From: Pelomyxa schiedti
Taxonomy: Eukaryota > Protista > Evosea
Length of the DNA: 64,000 nucleotides
Assembly (NCBI GenBank): GCA_020536535.1
Contig: JAHLWZ010000833.1
Span: 26,349-90,348 of the forward strand
Direction of reading: 5' to 3'
Part shown: positions 36,701 through 49,428 of the stretch, piece by piece
How the letters are laid out: the number at the start of each line of letters is the position of its first letter
How positions within the stretch are numbered: position 1 is the first letter of the stretch
Translations under genes and position numbers: made by a program
The notes under the pieces: generated by a model
Told to the model about the DNA's origin: nothing
Database searches by the model: none
Seen by the model: the letters and a program-made list of their open reading frames with translations, nothing else

Positions 36701-37233
36701 ACTCAGTTTTGTGGCTCGGCTGCAACAGAGGATGCATTGTTTTGCTTGATTCCAGTAACCTCAGCTTGCAGAGCGAATTGCATCTTCCTACACAGTATAC
36801 TCATCCCATAGCCTCACTTGCATGCACGACCAATCATGTGTGGGCAGCTGTTGGTGGGTTACTTATAGCCATTGAAGTCACTTCTGGATCCGTTGTGATG
36901 AGCACCGGTGTTATACAACAGGAAATACCAACCGCAGTTTGTGTGAAAGTCTGCACGGACTTTCTCTTCACTGCACACACCAGTGGAAAACTGGCCTGTT
37001 GGGACAAAGGCACTGGGGAGTGTCTTCACTTATTCAACCCACACAAGAGCAGAGGAACACAACCACAACAAACAATCACCAGTGGTGGCAACACTCACTC
37101 TCACACGGAGGACGACGCCGACATAGGCGTGAGGGTAGCACTGCTTGAGGTTGTGAAAACCTCAGGAAGCACACTGTCACTGTGGAGCACATTCCGTACC
37201 ACAGAATCCGAAGGCCTTGTTGCCTGGAGGTAG
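33787..37233 (+). CDS. F-box + VPS9 (Rab5-type GEF) + C-terminal beta-propeller-like protein
   Basis: F-box VPREILVRCFVWL...DLVALSAVCKSFRTASEDDSLW. VPS9 TPYEKIVCILNSCK, SADDFLPMFIFMVIQADIPKL, GEAFCYFTHLASAVTFI. WD-like EVWVGTGTGKVIVY repeats. Confidence 0.85.
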
Positions 37234-37300
37234 TAACTGGAATATCTCCCCACCAAGTAACACAGTTTAATATAGGTTTTTGTTATTATTACTACCATTA

Positions 37301-40174
37301 CTACGGCGTTGTCAGTTTTTCCTTCTCACTGGCACTACCAGTACCAGTACCTCCATCATCATCTTTCTTGTGGTGATTGCGGCTGTTGGGCCTACCTCCA
37401 GTCCTGAAGAGTGGGTTTGGGAGCGGTGGGATGTACGACGTGGCAACGGACTCGACGTTGACGATTGGCTTCTCGCCGGCGAGGTACCACAGGCCAGCTA
37501 TGAAGAAGCTCGTGAGAACGAGGCCGGCCCAGTCTTGGGTGTAGTCGAGGTCGTTGTATATGTAGGGCGTCACGCGACTGGTGGCAATCAACCATATCAT
37601 CTCAGGGTGGAACTGTGTGTGTGTGTGGAGTGAGGGGGATAGAGAAGAGAACAGAGTCATTTATTTGGCAAGTTGGAGAGCAAGAGAGAATTGCATACAA
37701 GGTAGACGCAATACACTAAGCGGCTTGGTACTACCCAGACCTGAAATGTTGGGAATAAGCTGGTGGAAAATGTGAGGTATGGGAAAGGTCACATAGGCGG
37801 AGAGACATCGACATAGGAATCCTGTTCGGTCAAGCCAGAAAAGGTAGGTCCACACAGCAAGGCAAAATGCCCAAACAGGCCTTGTCAGGCCCCAATAACT
37901 AAAGAAAAATGAATAGTAGAAAGCCAAGCGTTTGGCATACAATGCATTCTGTAGGTATGTCCAATGCTTAGAGCACTCGGATACACTAAACTTTATGTCA
38001 GAGAATTTGATTTAATCATTGCTTCTACTTGCCCAGCCTTGTAAAGCGGCCAAGTACTCAAAATAATTGCAATCATTGTCCCACCAGTTATGAGGAAAAG
38101 GAGGATTCTATGCCACCATTTTACTAGTGCATTTATTTGTTCTTTGACTTTTGTGGTGTCAACCATTATTATAGCCAGGGCCACTCCGATTGAATATGCC
38201 CCCATTCTCATCCATGGTTTCTATTTATTGTTATACTTTTCAGGAAGAAAACTACTTACCACATGGTCATCTGCGTTGTATGTGGGCCAATCAGGATCTG
38301 CTTTACATACCGGCAATTCTTCAGCCAAGACAACACCGAAGTTGGCTCCAAAACTACCCTACACGTTGACACCAAAATTTGGCAGATGATGCACGACCTT
38401 GATAAAACAATAGCAATGGTGGTCAAGTACCCAAGGAGAGGTTTGATCCAAAAGATAATAACGAGGGGAGTTCCAATAAATACGTAGAGCTTAATATTCT
38501 GTGTTAGGAGGTAATTAAACTTTGTAAGAAACCTGGAAATCGACAGCAAGGAACCAAGTTTGGCCAAAGCAGGGACCTGGCTTATCCTATGGGTCTATTT
38601 GAAATTGCTCTGTACTTATTCAATAGAACTTACCGAAGGTATGAAATTATTGATATACCTTCACGAGAGTTGGTTACGAATGAAGAATTGAGAAAGGTAC
38701 AATAAATTTGTCCACCAGTATTCGCCACAACTGTCATAATCCCCTTCAACCCAGAGGGCTTTTGGACCCTTAACAATGATTAGCAGTAGTACAGTTTCAC
38801 AAACATACTCTAGCCATGAGAGGACCCAGGTAATGCATACTGAATATCATGAGTGCATAGACAGGGGTCAGACGGAGATATCGATGAACAAAATGGAGAA
38901 TCCACTCCCGTGTTCCCATTCTCTTCGCTTTAAGCTTACTATATAGTCCTTTTGCCAATAGGAATCCACCCATGAAGAAGAATGACTCCATGGTGGGATC
39001 GGCACTGAGAAATACGTTGGTTGTAAATCTTACAAACCACTGTAGATTCTGAGTAAACATAGCCTAGGAAAAGGGATACTTTTTTTGACATCCACAAAAC
39101 ATTTGAGGGTATTGGGAGGGAATGAGCCATCATGATCCACATCATACTACATGTACGGAAGCAATTAAACCACGAAAACATCTCTGGATCATCTGGAGCT
39201 GTAAGTTGACTTGTGTTTGATATAAGGCCAAATGAAGTAAGCCATTGTTCTCTTTTGGGTGGAGGTGGCCTTGACACAATTAACTAAAAGAAGTTGGACC
39301 AACTTTGAAAAAACCTTGGTTCTTTACCGAGTTGAATTGACAAACTGGTCTTTGTAGGGATCGGAAACCAGGTACGATATATTTCATATCCAGTACTGGC
39401 CATGAAGTTATTTACCCCGTTGTACAATTTTATACAAATACCACAGCACACAGAGAAATCCTAATGCACAGAGAACTGCAACCATTACAACTGCCCCGGA
39501 AGAGTCTTGGAGTGTGGGAATATCCTCAACACATTTTACAATTGCACCACCCAGTGCCGGCACTCCAAATCCCTGTCTTTCAGGTAATTAGAAATCGCAA
39601 TTTACTTTTATAATACATTAACTCATCTGTCCAACTTTCAAGGTCCTTAGATGAGCATATCTTAGGCGCACAAAATCCTAAATGACTGCAGTGCGTAAGA
39701 AATGATATATTAAAGACGAAGTACATGGGAAGAGCCTTCTCTCCCGTAAGTCCTGCTTGCCATTGTTCCAACTGATCCTGATTTATAGGGGTATCAGGAG
39801 GCAGAGTAATATTCGCCTCGGCAACAGCTGTCATATTCAACTATAAACGTAAGGCCAAATTCAGAGGCAAGCGAATTTCATTCTTGAAGGTTGTCCCCCC
39901 AATAATTCCATCCCAAGAACCCACCTCAACAGCAATAGAGCAATAGTGTGCAACATCAAGACTGTTACAATCGCTATAACTACCAGGGAATCCAGAAAAT
40001 AGCAGCATGGCCGCGGTACCTTTCCCTTTGTCAACAAACTCGGCATTCCACAAGAAACACACCGGTGTAAGTGAAATTCCTCATGGAATGCATTGCATCA
40101 TCACACTGGGCAGAGCAACTGCACCACGTAACCAAGAACACCAACAACACACCCACACAGCAACGAAACTGCAT
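37301..40174 (-). CDS. NRF-6/OACYL-like acyltransferase-3 family membrane protein with N-terminal NRF domain
   Basis: Signal peptide MQFRCCVGVLLVFL, G..SDC and GFCAPKICS, ESFFFMGGFLL, HRYLRLTPVYAL, PWMRMGAYSIG, GEKPIVN. Confidence 0.9.
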
Positions 40175-40302
40175 CGATTTAATAACGAGTACTAAAAAAA
40201 CAAATGCAAAATGCAACTTTGGTTCGGAAACAAATTTTAGCGAACTTGTTTTGTTAGGTCTTTCGCGTAAGTGCAAAGATTCTGCAGTTTTGTGAAGTCT
40301 AT

Positions 40303-41659
40303 CTAGCTGGATTTTTGAAGCACAACAGCATTGATAACACCAGCCTCTTGTAGGGTGGATGTCATTGATTGAAGTGGCTTGAAGGGAGGAACACCGAGTG
40401 CCAGGGTGTATGAACCGGTTGCTGATCCATTTGTGCCAACCATGTGATACAAGTCTGCTATTGTGTGGTCCTGGTTGAGCTTGAGGGTAAGCCGCTTTCC
40501 GTCAATGAGCCTCACTTGCACTGTTGTGGTTGGTTTGGAGGGGTCAACAATCACATCGGCGGGGGTGGTTTGTGGTGGAATTTGTACGGGCGCGGAAGAG
40601 GGAGTTTCTGGTTGGGTTGTTGTTGTGGCGGAACTGCCGAGCACATTTCCAGTTCCGGAAAAAGAAGTAACCTTTGGGGCTGATGGCTTTGGTGGTTGGT
40701 AATCAGATTTTCTGTGGTCTTCCAGTACTGTATTTGCATGAGCGAAACCAGTTTACATTCAACTTGAATTTTACACACCAAAATCAACCATGCCTCTATC
40801 ATCAGAAGTCTGGAGTTCGAGTGGCACCAGCCCCTTCTCTATGTCTTCCAAAAAACTGTTATTTGCAGGGTCGTCATACCTTCTGAGAACCGGGGCTGAT
40901 ATTTGTGCACGTGTTACCAAGAATATGTTGTATGAACACCAAAACCTCTTTTTCAACACTGCAAAGCAAGCGTACCATTATCTACTGTGAATCCGGTCTT
41001 CCAGAATGAAATATGCCGAGTTTGCATTGGTTTATTTGGAGATTGAGCCATTGTGGTTTTGCTAGAAAGCGGTACTGTGTCCAATGTATTTCCAAGTCTC
41101 TGGGCTGAACCATCAAAACTACGTCTTGATGCAGTTGTGAACGGGTTGGAAAACAAAAGACAGTAATTTACTGGATAGAAGACGGTTCCATGGAATCTTT
41201 CCCAAACAGCCTTGACGCTATTGCAGACCCATTGGATCCCCTGTCTGGAAATAATATAGCCGTTCCACTCTTCTCCCCCCCAGTGTAATAACTAATTGGG
41301 GACCCAATGTAAAACCCAAAAAAAAACCCAACAACCAAACAAGAAGTGTACCAACACCAACAAAATAGAACCAACCCACCCACAACCACACTCAAGGCTC
41401 CACTATAAAGTGGGCAGGGAAGAAGGAATTATGGGAGGGGGGGGGCAGCAGCACACGTTTGTTTGTCGGGATCCACGGGCGCCCCGCGCACGTCGTCCAT
41501 CCCCCGCACGCCGCCGCCCCTCGGCGCCCCCGCGACCACGAAGCGGCACGCTGCGTCGGCATCCCATCCACATTTGGCCAGAGCCTCGCGCGCCGTCGCG
41601 GGCGTGCACGACGCCCGCCTCGTCACTTCCGCTACCAGCCGCCCCTGAATGTCGCTCAT
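40303..41659 (-). CDS. NSFL1C: p47/Shp1-like UBA-SEP-UBX cofactor of Cdc48/p97
   Basis: UBA-like N-terminus, YYTGGEKSG, SEP motif ISFWKTGFTVDNG...YDDPANNSFLEDI..G.VP.EL, SHP box FSGTGNVLG, UBX TTVQVRLIDGKRL. The start abuts an N gap. Confidence 0.92.
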
Positions 41660-41661
41660 CA

Positions 41662-41761
41662 NNNNNNNNNNNNNNNNNNNNNNNNNNNNNNNNNNNNNNN
41701 NNNNNNNNNNNNNNNNNNNNNNNNNNNNNNNNNNNNNNNNNNNNNNNNNNNNNNNNNNNNN
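41662..41761. other. Scaffold gap (100 N)
   Basis: Run of N. Confidence 1.
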
Positions 41762-42110
41762 TACAACCTTTCCTCTTAGTTCTAGGCAATCCTGATTCAC
41801 TTACAAAAGCAAGCATTGATGCCACTTTCTTGGTACTTTTTCATGCTCCTTTGTCTGCCGCACTCATGTTCTATAAGGTGCAAACACGAAGGCACCAACA
41901 AACACTGCATTTTCTCCTGCAAAGGTTTCTGTAAAACCGGGTCAGGTTTTTCCATGTTGTTGTGATTGCAAAAAAAAAACCACCATCCACCATTGACACC
42001 CATTTGAAGTAAACAAAAACCAAACAAAAAGCTTTGGAAGGAAGAAAAAACTTTTCGCTTTCTCTTTTGGGTACAACAGTATTCACACTAGTAGAAATGG
42101 TGCATTGGGA

Positions 42111-44448
42111 TCACAGGCCCTGTCCTCCACCTTCAGGCTCGTTCTCTTTCTTCACACGCCCCCTCCAAACCCCATGCTCAGCAACACCCCCAGCATTGGC
42201 ACCAACATTCGGCTTGATGTCTACAGTGTCTTCTCCCTCTAGTGGAAGCATGAAAGAGGCTTTGAGGTATTCCTGTGCCCTCAGTGCCCGTATGAGATGT
42301 GGTATTGTGTCTGCCTTGGTGGGTACGGCGTCGTACAGGGCATGCGGCTTGCCAAATTGGGGGGCGTGGGTGTACCTTCCAACTTCTCCATCACGCTCAG
42401 AGTGAATGCTAGGGGGTGGGTAAGTAGCGGTGAAGAAAAAAAACCGAGAGTCACTTGCCTCTCATGGAGTATGCTGCCCTTGTGGACAATACAGAGTTCA
42501 AAGGATTCAACGAGAGACTTTTCCATAATGCGAACCAGGAACGTCCTGTCACGTTGATCGGCAAGCAATAGGTTGCAATCGCCGTCTGCCAGAAAAGGAA
42601 AGAACCACCTATAGGCACAACGGTAGTATTGTCAGTCGATAAATAGGTTCCTTTACTGAAGAGAAATTTTATGAATCCTCACCTTTGCTTACACAAGTCC
42701 ACCATCTGATTTGTTGGTGAGGAGTTACTTGCAAAACAAAGAGTATCATACCCCATCAAAGAAGAACTGCGATCTATAAAATGGCCCGAAACACCTCGCC
42801 ATTTGTGCAAATCTTCGGGCCGTTACCCAGCCCGGAATTTCTATGGGGTGATGAGGTGGTGGAAATCTTTTTTTGCCAGGGGAAGAAATCTCACCACAGA
42901 CGATTTTGGATATAGGGGAAAGATCACCGTGCACTTCCAGCTTTAGGGGTATATCCAATGCAAGCCACGCAACTTTCTGCTCATTCTTGAACCAGTTTGT
43001 CCAGAACTTTCTTGCGTCTGGACAAGGAATTTCCAGAGCCATTCTGCATTCTTCCAAATTACGTATCACATTGTCAATAGGGGGTCGCTAAGGTGAAAAT
43101 TAGGGTACAGTAAAATGGAAAATAACCAAAAAAAACCTTTGCTGGATCTGGGTCCCACATCTGAGAAATAAGTGCAATCTTAATTAATATGAGCAAAGTA
43201 AAAGGTACAACAAAACAAGGCACACCAATGAAGGAGGGAGGTTGCAATGAGAAAAGCTGGGCCTCCACGCTTGCTCAACCACAAGTTTTTCAATGTCATC
43301 TTCTGTTTGGACGTTTTTTTCTTGGAGTGCAGCTTCCTTGACACTTTGCCCCGTAAACAATTCATAATATGTAACAGCAAGAGAATGGCTTTTATATATT
43401 GTTAGTTTGCTCACCGCACATCCTTTTCTTCACTCACACATCGGAAGACTTCGAGCCACGGCTCCTGTCAGCTAATAGCTCTGGTGCTTGGTACATCTCT
43501 GTGGCGGGAAAGTATTACAAGAATAATAAGGAACCCAGAAATCGAAAAGGGGAGAATACATACTGGATCCCGTTGTGTTTTGGGTTCGGGTATGATCCAG
43601 TTCTGTTTTTCCTATCTCTAATTGTCGACTAGAACTGAACCCACACAACTGCAGTTAATTGCTTTTGTTAGTCAAAACAGAAAAGCACAAAATAACAAAC
43701 TACCTTGACATTACCCTTTGCATCCAGTAAACAATGGTCTGGTTGCAAATCTCTGCAGAAGAATCAATTACTTTGTCTTGCAGGATTTGGAGGAGGGCAT
43801 ATGTACCTGTGAATAACGTTCAACTCGTTGTGCATGTAGCCTACTCCATGTGCCACCTCTACTGCCATGTTCAGCCTGGTAGACAATGGGTGTCCTTGGG
43901 CTGCTGTATTGTCGTTCGGGTACTTAATAAAGGTACCCATATCACGCTCCATCAACGGCATTACAAACTGAACCTCCTCCCTATCTTCTCTCACACCTGT
44001 GGGGAAAAAGTAGAAGAAAGAAAAACAGAGGAATAGAAATAACAGTTACCAATAAGTGGTATTATGTTCTGGTGACACATTGCCCTGGAGTATGTAAATA
44101 TTGATTTGAGGTTAAAAGATTTTGTACGTCATGAGTCGAGCCTCATAAAGCAGCTGCTTTGTTGTGTACTTGGTCTTGCTTATGCGTTTTATAACAACGG
44201 GTTCACTGTTTAGGGTAGCTGGAAAGAAGTGATGAGTGTTGACACAAACAAGTAAACTTACATTGATATGCATTCGGGGCTACTTGGTACCCAATCGGTA
44301 CTCGGACACGGTAGAAATCCCTTCCAGGCCAGTCCTTGACCCTACGCCACCTGCTTTTACTCCTTAGACTCCGGCTCCTAACCTCGCTTCTCCTTAACCT
44401 GCTGCTGCTCCTACTCCTGGACCTGCTTTTGGTTCTGCTTCTACTCCC

Positions 44449-44508
<60 letters not shown>

Positions 44509-45641
44509 TGCTCTTGTTCTTGTTCTTCCCCTATTCCTGTCTCTATCCTTGCCCATATTCCTGCGGTCTTCAAACGGGCTGGTGCCTCTGCTTTGGCTGC
44601 TGATCTGCCGTTGGCCCTTTGTGTGAATTTGAGCAGTTAAGGTTGTGGAAGTTGTTGTCACAGGGGCACTTCTTCGTTGTTCAAGCTCATCTTCCAGCTG
44701 GTATTCCACTTCTTGTTCCTCTTCGCGTTCAAGNNNNNNNNNNNNNNNNNNNNNNNNNNNNNNNNNNNNNNNNNNNNNNNNNNNNNNNNNNNNNNNNNNN
44801 NNNNNNNNNNNNNNNNNNNNNNNNNNNNNNNNNGGCCCTTTGTGTGAATTTGAGCAGTTAAGGTTGTGGAAGTTGTTGTCACAGGGGCACTTCTTCGTTG
44901 TTCAAGCTCATCTTCCAGCTGGTATTCCACTTCTTGTTCCTCTTCGCGTTCAAGGTGACGTTGACGTGCAAGTTGCAGTGCATGTTCACTTGCAGCACTT
45001 GGTTTGGTGAAGTCGTTGCCGGCGTTGTAGTTTAATGGAGCTGCAGAAGAGTGCACTGCGGCTGATGACCGCGGCTGCGGAGGCTGTTGGTGCAGGTCTG
45101 TTGGTTGGACCTGTGTCAGAGGCTTCGCAGAGAGTTGTTCAGGGAAGGGTTCGTAAGGATAAGTGGAAGAGGAAACCAGAACGCCATGGGCAGAACACCA
45201 CTTGTGGGTGGGAGCGGGAGTGGGGGTTCGAGGTCTGGGTCTCAGAACTGTTTTGGAGGCGTTTTGTAGCGGAATGCCTTCAACAGGTGACGGAGGTGGT
45301 TGTGCTCTTGGTTTCTTTTTGTAGTGTCTTTCGGGCTTCTCGATCCACTGAATTCTACTGTTCTTCCACATGGGAGGGCTGCACTGGGCTCTCTGCCGTG
45401 CCTCTTCCGTGGAGAAGGTAACCTGAGTTTTGGGCGCGTAACGACAGCGGCTGACCTTTTTACTGTGCAGAGATGGTAAGTCAGATACAATACGATTGAA
45501 GAGGCGCATAGGCGAGGGAAGTTTGAAAAAAAAGTGTTGAAACCCGTACACATCGCCTGTTGGGAACAAATCTTGTACGCTTAGTTGTTCTTCCGGATCT
45601 ACCAGCTCCATGAACAAAGGGAACGACGGCGACACGGACAT
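42111..45641 (-). CDS. SHK-like TKL pseudokinase with C-terminal SH2, an RS-dipeptide tract and a possible N-terminal RRM-like fold
   Basis: VVIK lysine and alphaC Glu present; HRDLQPDH; LCGFS in place of DFG; YQAPE; SDVYSF. Post-kinase region RKFWTNWF...FGPF as in Dictyostelium Shk proteins; SH2 WFFPF...FLVR; (SR)n tract at about 44400-44530. Confidence 0.8.
44734..44833. other. Scaffold gap (100 N) flanked by a 121-bp duplicated overlap
   Basis: 44613-44733 is identical to 44834-44954. Confidence 0.95.
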
Positions 45642-45761
45642 AGCGGCTACGCCTTGTTTATTGCCTCCTTAATGCGTTACCGGTAACTCGGGCGCGACAC
45701 TAAATTTAATTGTTTGATAACAAAAACAATTTTTTTTAAGAGATCCAGATGTTTCGTCTAG

Positions 45762-46513
45762 ATCTGGGGATTTGCCTGCCAAAAGCAGCCCGCCTGCACT
45801 CCTCTCGAAGTTCCTATTGCATACATAAGTATAAGTTTCGAGAATGGGTAAATGTTACAACCTTCAGATCAAATCCAACTCCAACTCCAACTGTTCTGTT
45901 GAGAAGAGTGAGTGCTGGGGGCGTGATCTGGGGATTTGCCTGCCAAAAGCAGCCCGCCCGCACTCCTCTCGAAGTTCCTATTGCATACATAAGTATAAGT
46001 TTCGAGAATGGGTAAATGTACAACCTTCAGAAATCCAAATCCAAATCCAACTGTTGAGGAGAAGAGTGCTGGGGGCGTTATCTGGGGATTTGCCTGCCAA
46101 AAGCAGCCCGCCTGCACTCCTCTCGAAGTTCCTATTGCATACATAAGTATAAGTTTCGAGAATGGGTAAATGTTACAACCTTCAGATCAAATCCAACTCC
46201 AACTCCAACTGTTCTGTTGAGAAGAGTGAGTGCTGGGGGCGTGATCTGGGGATTTGCCTGCCAAAAGCAGCCCGCCCGCACTCCTCTCGAAGTTCCTATT
46301 GCATACATAAGTATAAGTTTCGAGAATGGGTAAATGTACAACCTTCAGAAATCCAAATCCAAATCCAACTGTTGAGGAGAAGAGTGCTGGGGGCGTTATC
46401 TGGGGATTTGCCTGCCAAAAGCAGCCCGCCTGCACTCCTCTCGAAGTTCCTATTGCATACATAAGTATAAGTTTCGAGAATGGGTAAATGTTACAACCTT
46501 CAGATCAAATCCA
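45762..46513. repeat. Tandem array of alternating 164-bp (A) and 154-bp (B) monomers with a 318-bp higher-order period (A-B-A-B-partial A)
   Basis: Monomers start with ATCTGGGGATTTGCC at 45762, 45926, 46080, 46244 and 46398. The ORF track repeats at a +318 offset. Confidence 0.97.
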
Positions 46514-46959
46514 TGCCAGTGGATCTTCGTAAAGAAAAATTATACCTTTAACCCTCCATGTCCCTTTCATAGGTATTTGACTACACTTGGTATTAAATTG
46601 CGTTTTTTGAGGTATTCATTTGCGCCTTTCGAGTGAGTTGTATGTTAACACGTGGTGGAGTGGCAAAAACAGCAATAATTATACTTTATCTACGGGGAGA
46701 AAGAAAAAACGCAAACAGGGAAAAACCACACGTTGTTAAGGTTGGTTTGGTTTTAGTCTAGTCGCAGTCGTCGTAGGCGATTTTGGTTTTAGTATCTAGT
46801 GGCAGTAGTCTTGGTTGTTTTGGTTTTTTTATGTTTATGATTTACGCCGCGTTTTTTTCCTGTTTCCCCAAGGGGGAAATTTTTACAATTCCGGCAGAGA
46901 CATAATTAACTCAGACATTTTTTTGCAACCCCGGAAGAAGCGTAATTAGATCAGATCAA

Positions 46960-48650
46960 ATAGTTCCAAGGATGGACGTGATGGCAATGATGTGACGTGG
47001 GGGGTGTGTGCGGTGCGGTTGTTGCTGTCGCTGTTGCGATGCACACACACACAGTCCAACGGCGTGAGATCGTTCGCGGTGGTTGCGTGCCTGATTACGC
47101 CATTGGCTGGTTGTTGTTCTTAGACATTGTTCATTGTTGGGCGTGGAGATCCGCCGTGTGTTTGGGCTGGAGACGAGGCTGCCAGCGCTCCGGAAGCGTG
47201 GTTGCAGATTGGGTGACCGCGTGCGTTGGGGAATTCTGCTGAGACTCCACTCCAACATGACTGTATTGCGTATGCAATGAAACTACGGAGGTGAGTGAAG
47301 AAAATATCCAGTCTCGGGGCTGGGCCTGTGTTTGTGTGCATTTTTCCATTCCGTTGGGATTCTCCATGGTAAATCTCTCTCGCGTCTCATTAATTGATGG
47401 TCACTTGTTACAGTTGTGTTGTTGTTGAGTGCGCACCCCCACACAAACCGTTTTTGTTGGTTAGTTGTTTTTGATGAATCAGAGAAAAAGTTGAAAAATC
47501 CCAACTTGGAAGACGACCTTTTGCACTATTCTGAATAGAACAACCAACAGTGCCACTCATTCTCAGGGCATGCCTTGGCAGAGAGAGTGAGTGTACGTAC
47601 CCACCACAAACATCAGGAATCGTCGAAGTCGCAGGTATGCCCATTCTTTGGTATCCGTAGTTGAGTGACCATTGGAGGTTTTGCAGTGCCATCTCTTGTC
47701 TTTACACAAACATTCAGTTCCAGAAAAGCTGGGACAAAAAATTATCATAGGAGGGACATTTGGGTATTAGAGCTGCTCTAACTGATTGCATTCCCCACAA
47801 CAATTTCTGGACCCACCAAGTGGAAGCAACACCATCGTACAACAAGGATATCCAATGGGTACCCTCACAGTCTCAAACAACTAACCTACTCTTGGGATGC
47901 ACCCTAAGCGCTGACCCTCCAGAGATTGGAGGTTCTCAGAAATCTGCTCTTTTTTTCCCTTTGAAAAAAATCCCTTCAAGAGGGTGGGTGTTGGTAGGTT
48001 TTCTATTCGGGGCTATGACAGGCAGTGCTGCATCCAAAGGGGTCAGTGTGTATTTGTCATCCTCATGAGCACAATAAGACACATCGCCTGAATCCTGCAA
48101 ACCAAGACATCCTCAGCTTTTTTCGCGGTTTGATTGATCCCTAAAGTCTAACCTACGCTACCTTCTTTTCCATTCTAAAACTTCGAATTTTTCGAAGGTG
48201 AGGGGGGGGGTCTAGAAGTGCACTCCCCATTGGATATCTCTGTCACTACCCCCTCAATGATGTAATCACGGAATGTTGTCATCGAGGCTACAAAGAGGTG
48301 ACAGTCAATACAATAGATATTCTTAACGGAATTTCTTGCCTGCAGGCATACCACCATGCAACTCTAAAAACAGGTGCACGTAAATGAAGATCAAGTGAAA
48401 TCACATAATATCTCTTGCTGCACGATCTGGTTATGTCCAACCATGGTTGATCCGCACATTCCACATCACTCTGGAGGAGGTAGAGAAGCTCCCTTTTCTC
48501 TTTTTTTTGGACTCCCAAAGCCCACAGGTTCTGAAGTTAGTTGGAAAGGTGTATCACTGCACATGGAGCTGCAGCATGAACGACCCTGATTTGAAGAAGA
48601 AGAGCATCCCAACAGGCTTTAGTGGCCATTGAGGGGACGCAAAAAGCCGA
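46960..48650. pseudogene. Decayed fragments of an ankyrin-like repeat protein family, in both orientations
   Basis: Motifs GLCGGAH and DVCGGYVH (minus strand) and AARSGYVQPWLIRTFHITLEEV (plus strand), in frames broken by stops. Confidence 0.35.
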
Positions 48651-48719
48651 AGTTTCCATTCATCATCACTAAACTTTTTTTCAAAACGTAAGAAAAAAGC
48701 TCTCATAAACACAGTCACG

Positions 48720-49428
48720 ATGTCGGCGGCAGCGTCGGAGTCATATACGTATTGGCGAGTCGTGCCCTTGAGATTGTTCAGGAAGAAGGACGACGTGGAA
48801 TTCCGTGGTCTGCCTATGACGGTGGGCGAGTGGTTTTTTTTTTTTTTCCCTCCCTTTTCACAGTGCAATGAACTTATTAATTGTTAAGGAGTTTCAACAC
48901 ATTGACGGGGTTGATCACGTGGAGCACGGTGCTAATGCTAAGTCACCTGGATTTGTTAACGGCGTTGATGGGTGGTACTATCACCCACACCAAGAAGACA
49001 ATTTGCTCGTGTGCCGCGGCGTAAGAACCTCGATTCTCATGTTCGGACCCACTTAAAATACATACTCTAATACGAATTGAACTTTCGGTTTTATAGTATG
49101 AAAATAGGATTCCTACTTAATGTTCTCCTAACTCCCACTAATTCGCAAAAGGCACGCAAGCAAGCCTGGTGTCACTGAGGTTTTCGATGTTGGAAAGAAC
49201 TTCATCAAGCGCAACGGGGAGATCATATGCAATGAACCGGCAGTTCTCAGGTGGGCTCCTTGTACTTGGCACAAGGTGAACACAACATCACCCGAGGGAA
49301 GCACTTCAATCAACTTTGCTGTTCGTATGCCTGGCTTTGACTTGCACACCGAGTTCAACATCTATGACCTTGACATCACTACTATGACCCACAAGCTGTT
49401 GCGTGAAGGCAGAGAAGACCAAATGTGA
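48720..49428 (+). CDS. Bacterial-type RmlC-like cupin protein, about 3 exons
   Basis: MSAAASESYTYWRVVPLRLFRKKDDVEF...IDGVDHVEHGANAKSPG...WYYHPHQEDNLLVCRG...VLRWAPCTWHKV...GSTSINFAVR..GFDL.TEFNIYDL. The cupin His motifs are present. Confidence 0.8.

Noticed and set aside
41762-42090. Short Cys/His-containing ORFs between the gap and the SH2 gene
   Set aside because: No consistent Zn-finger spacing was found, and the region is cut by the gap, so it is unresolved.
44613-44954. 121-bp direct repeat flanking the N gap
   Set aside because: Identical sequence on both sides of a 100-N gap is typical of unmerged overlapping contig ends, so this is probably an assembly artefact.
45762-46513. CRISPR-like interpretation of the tandem array, and the repeated ORFs in it
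   Set aside because: Units are about 160 bp, the variable parts alternate between two states rather than being unique spacers, there are no cas genes, and the host is eukaryotic. The ORFs are by-products of the repeat.
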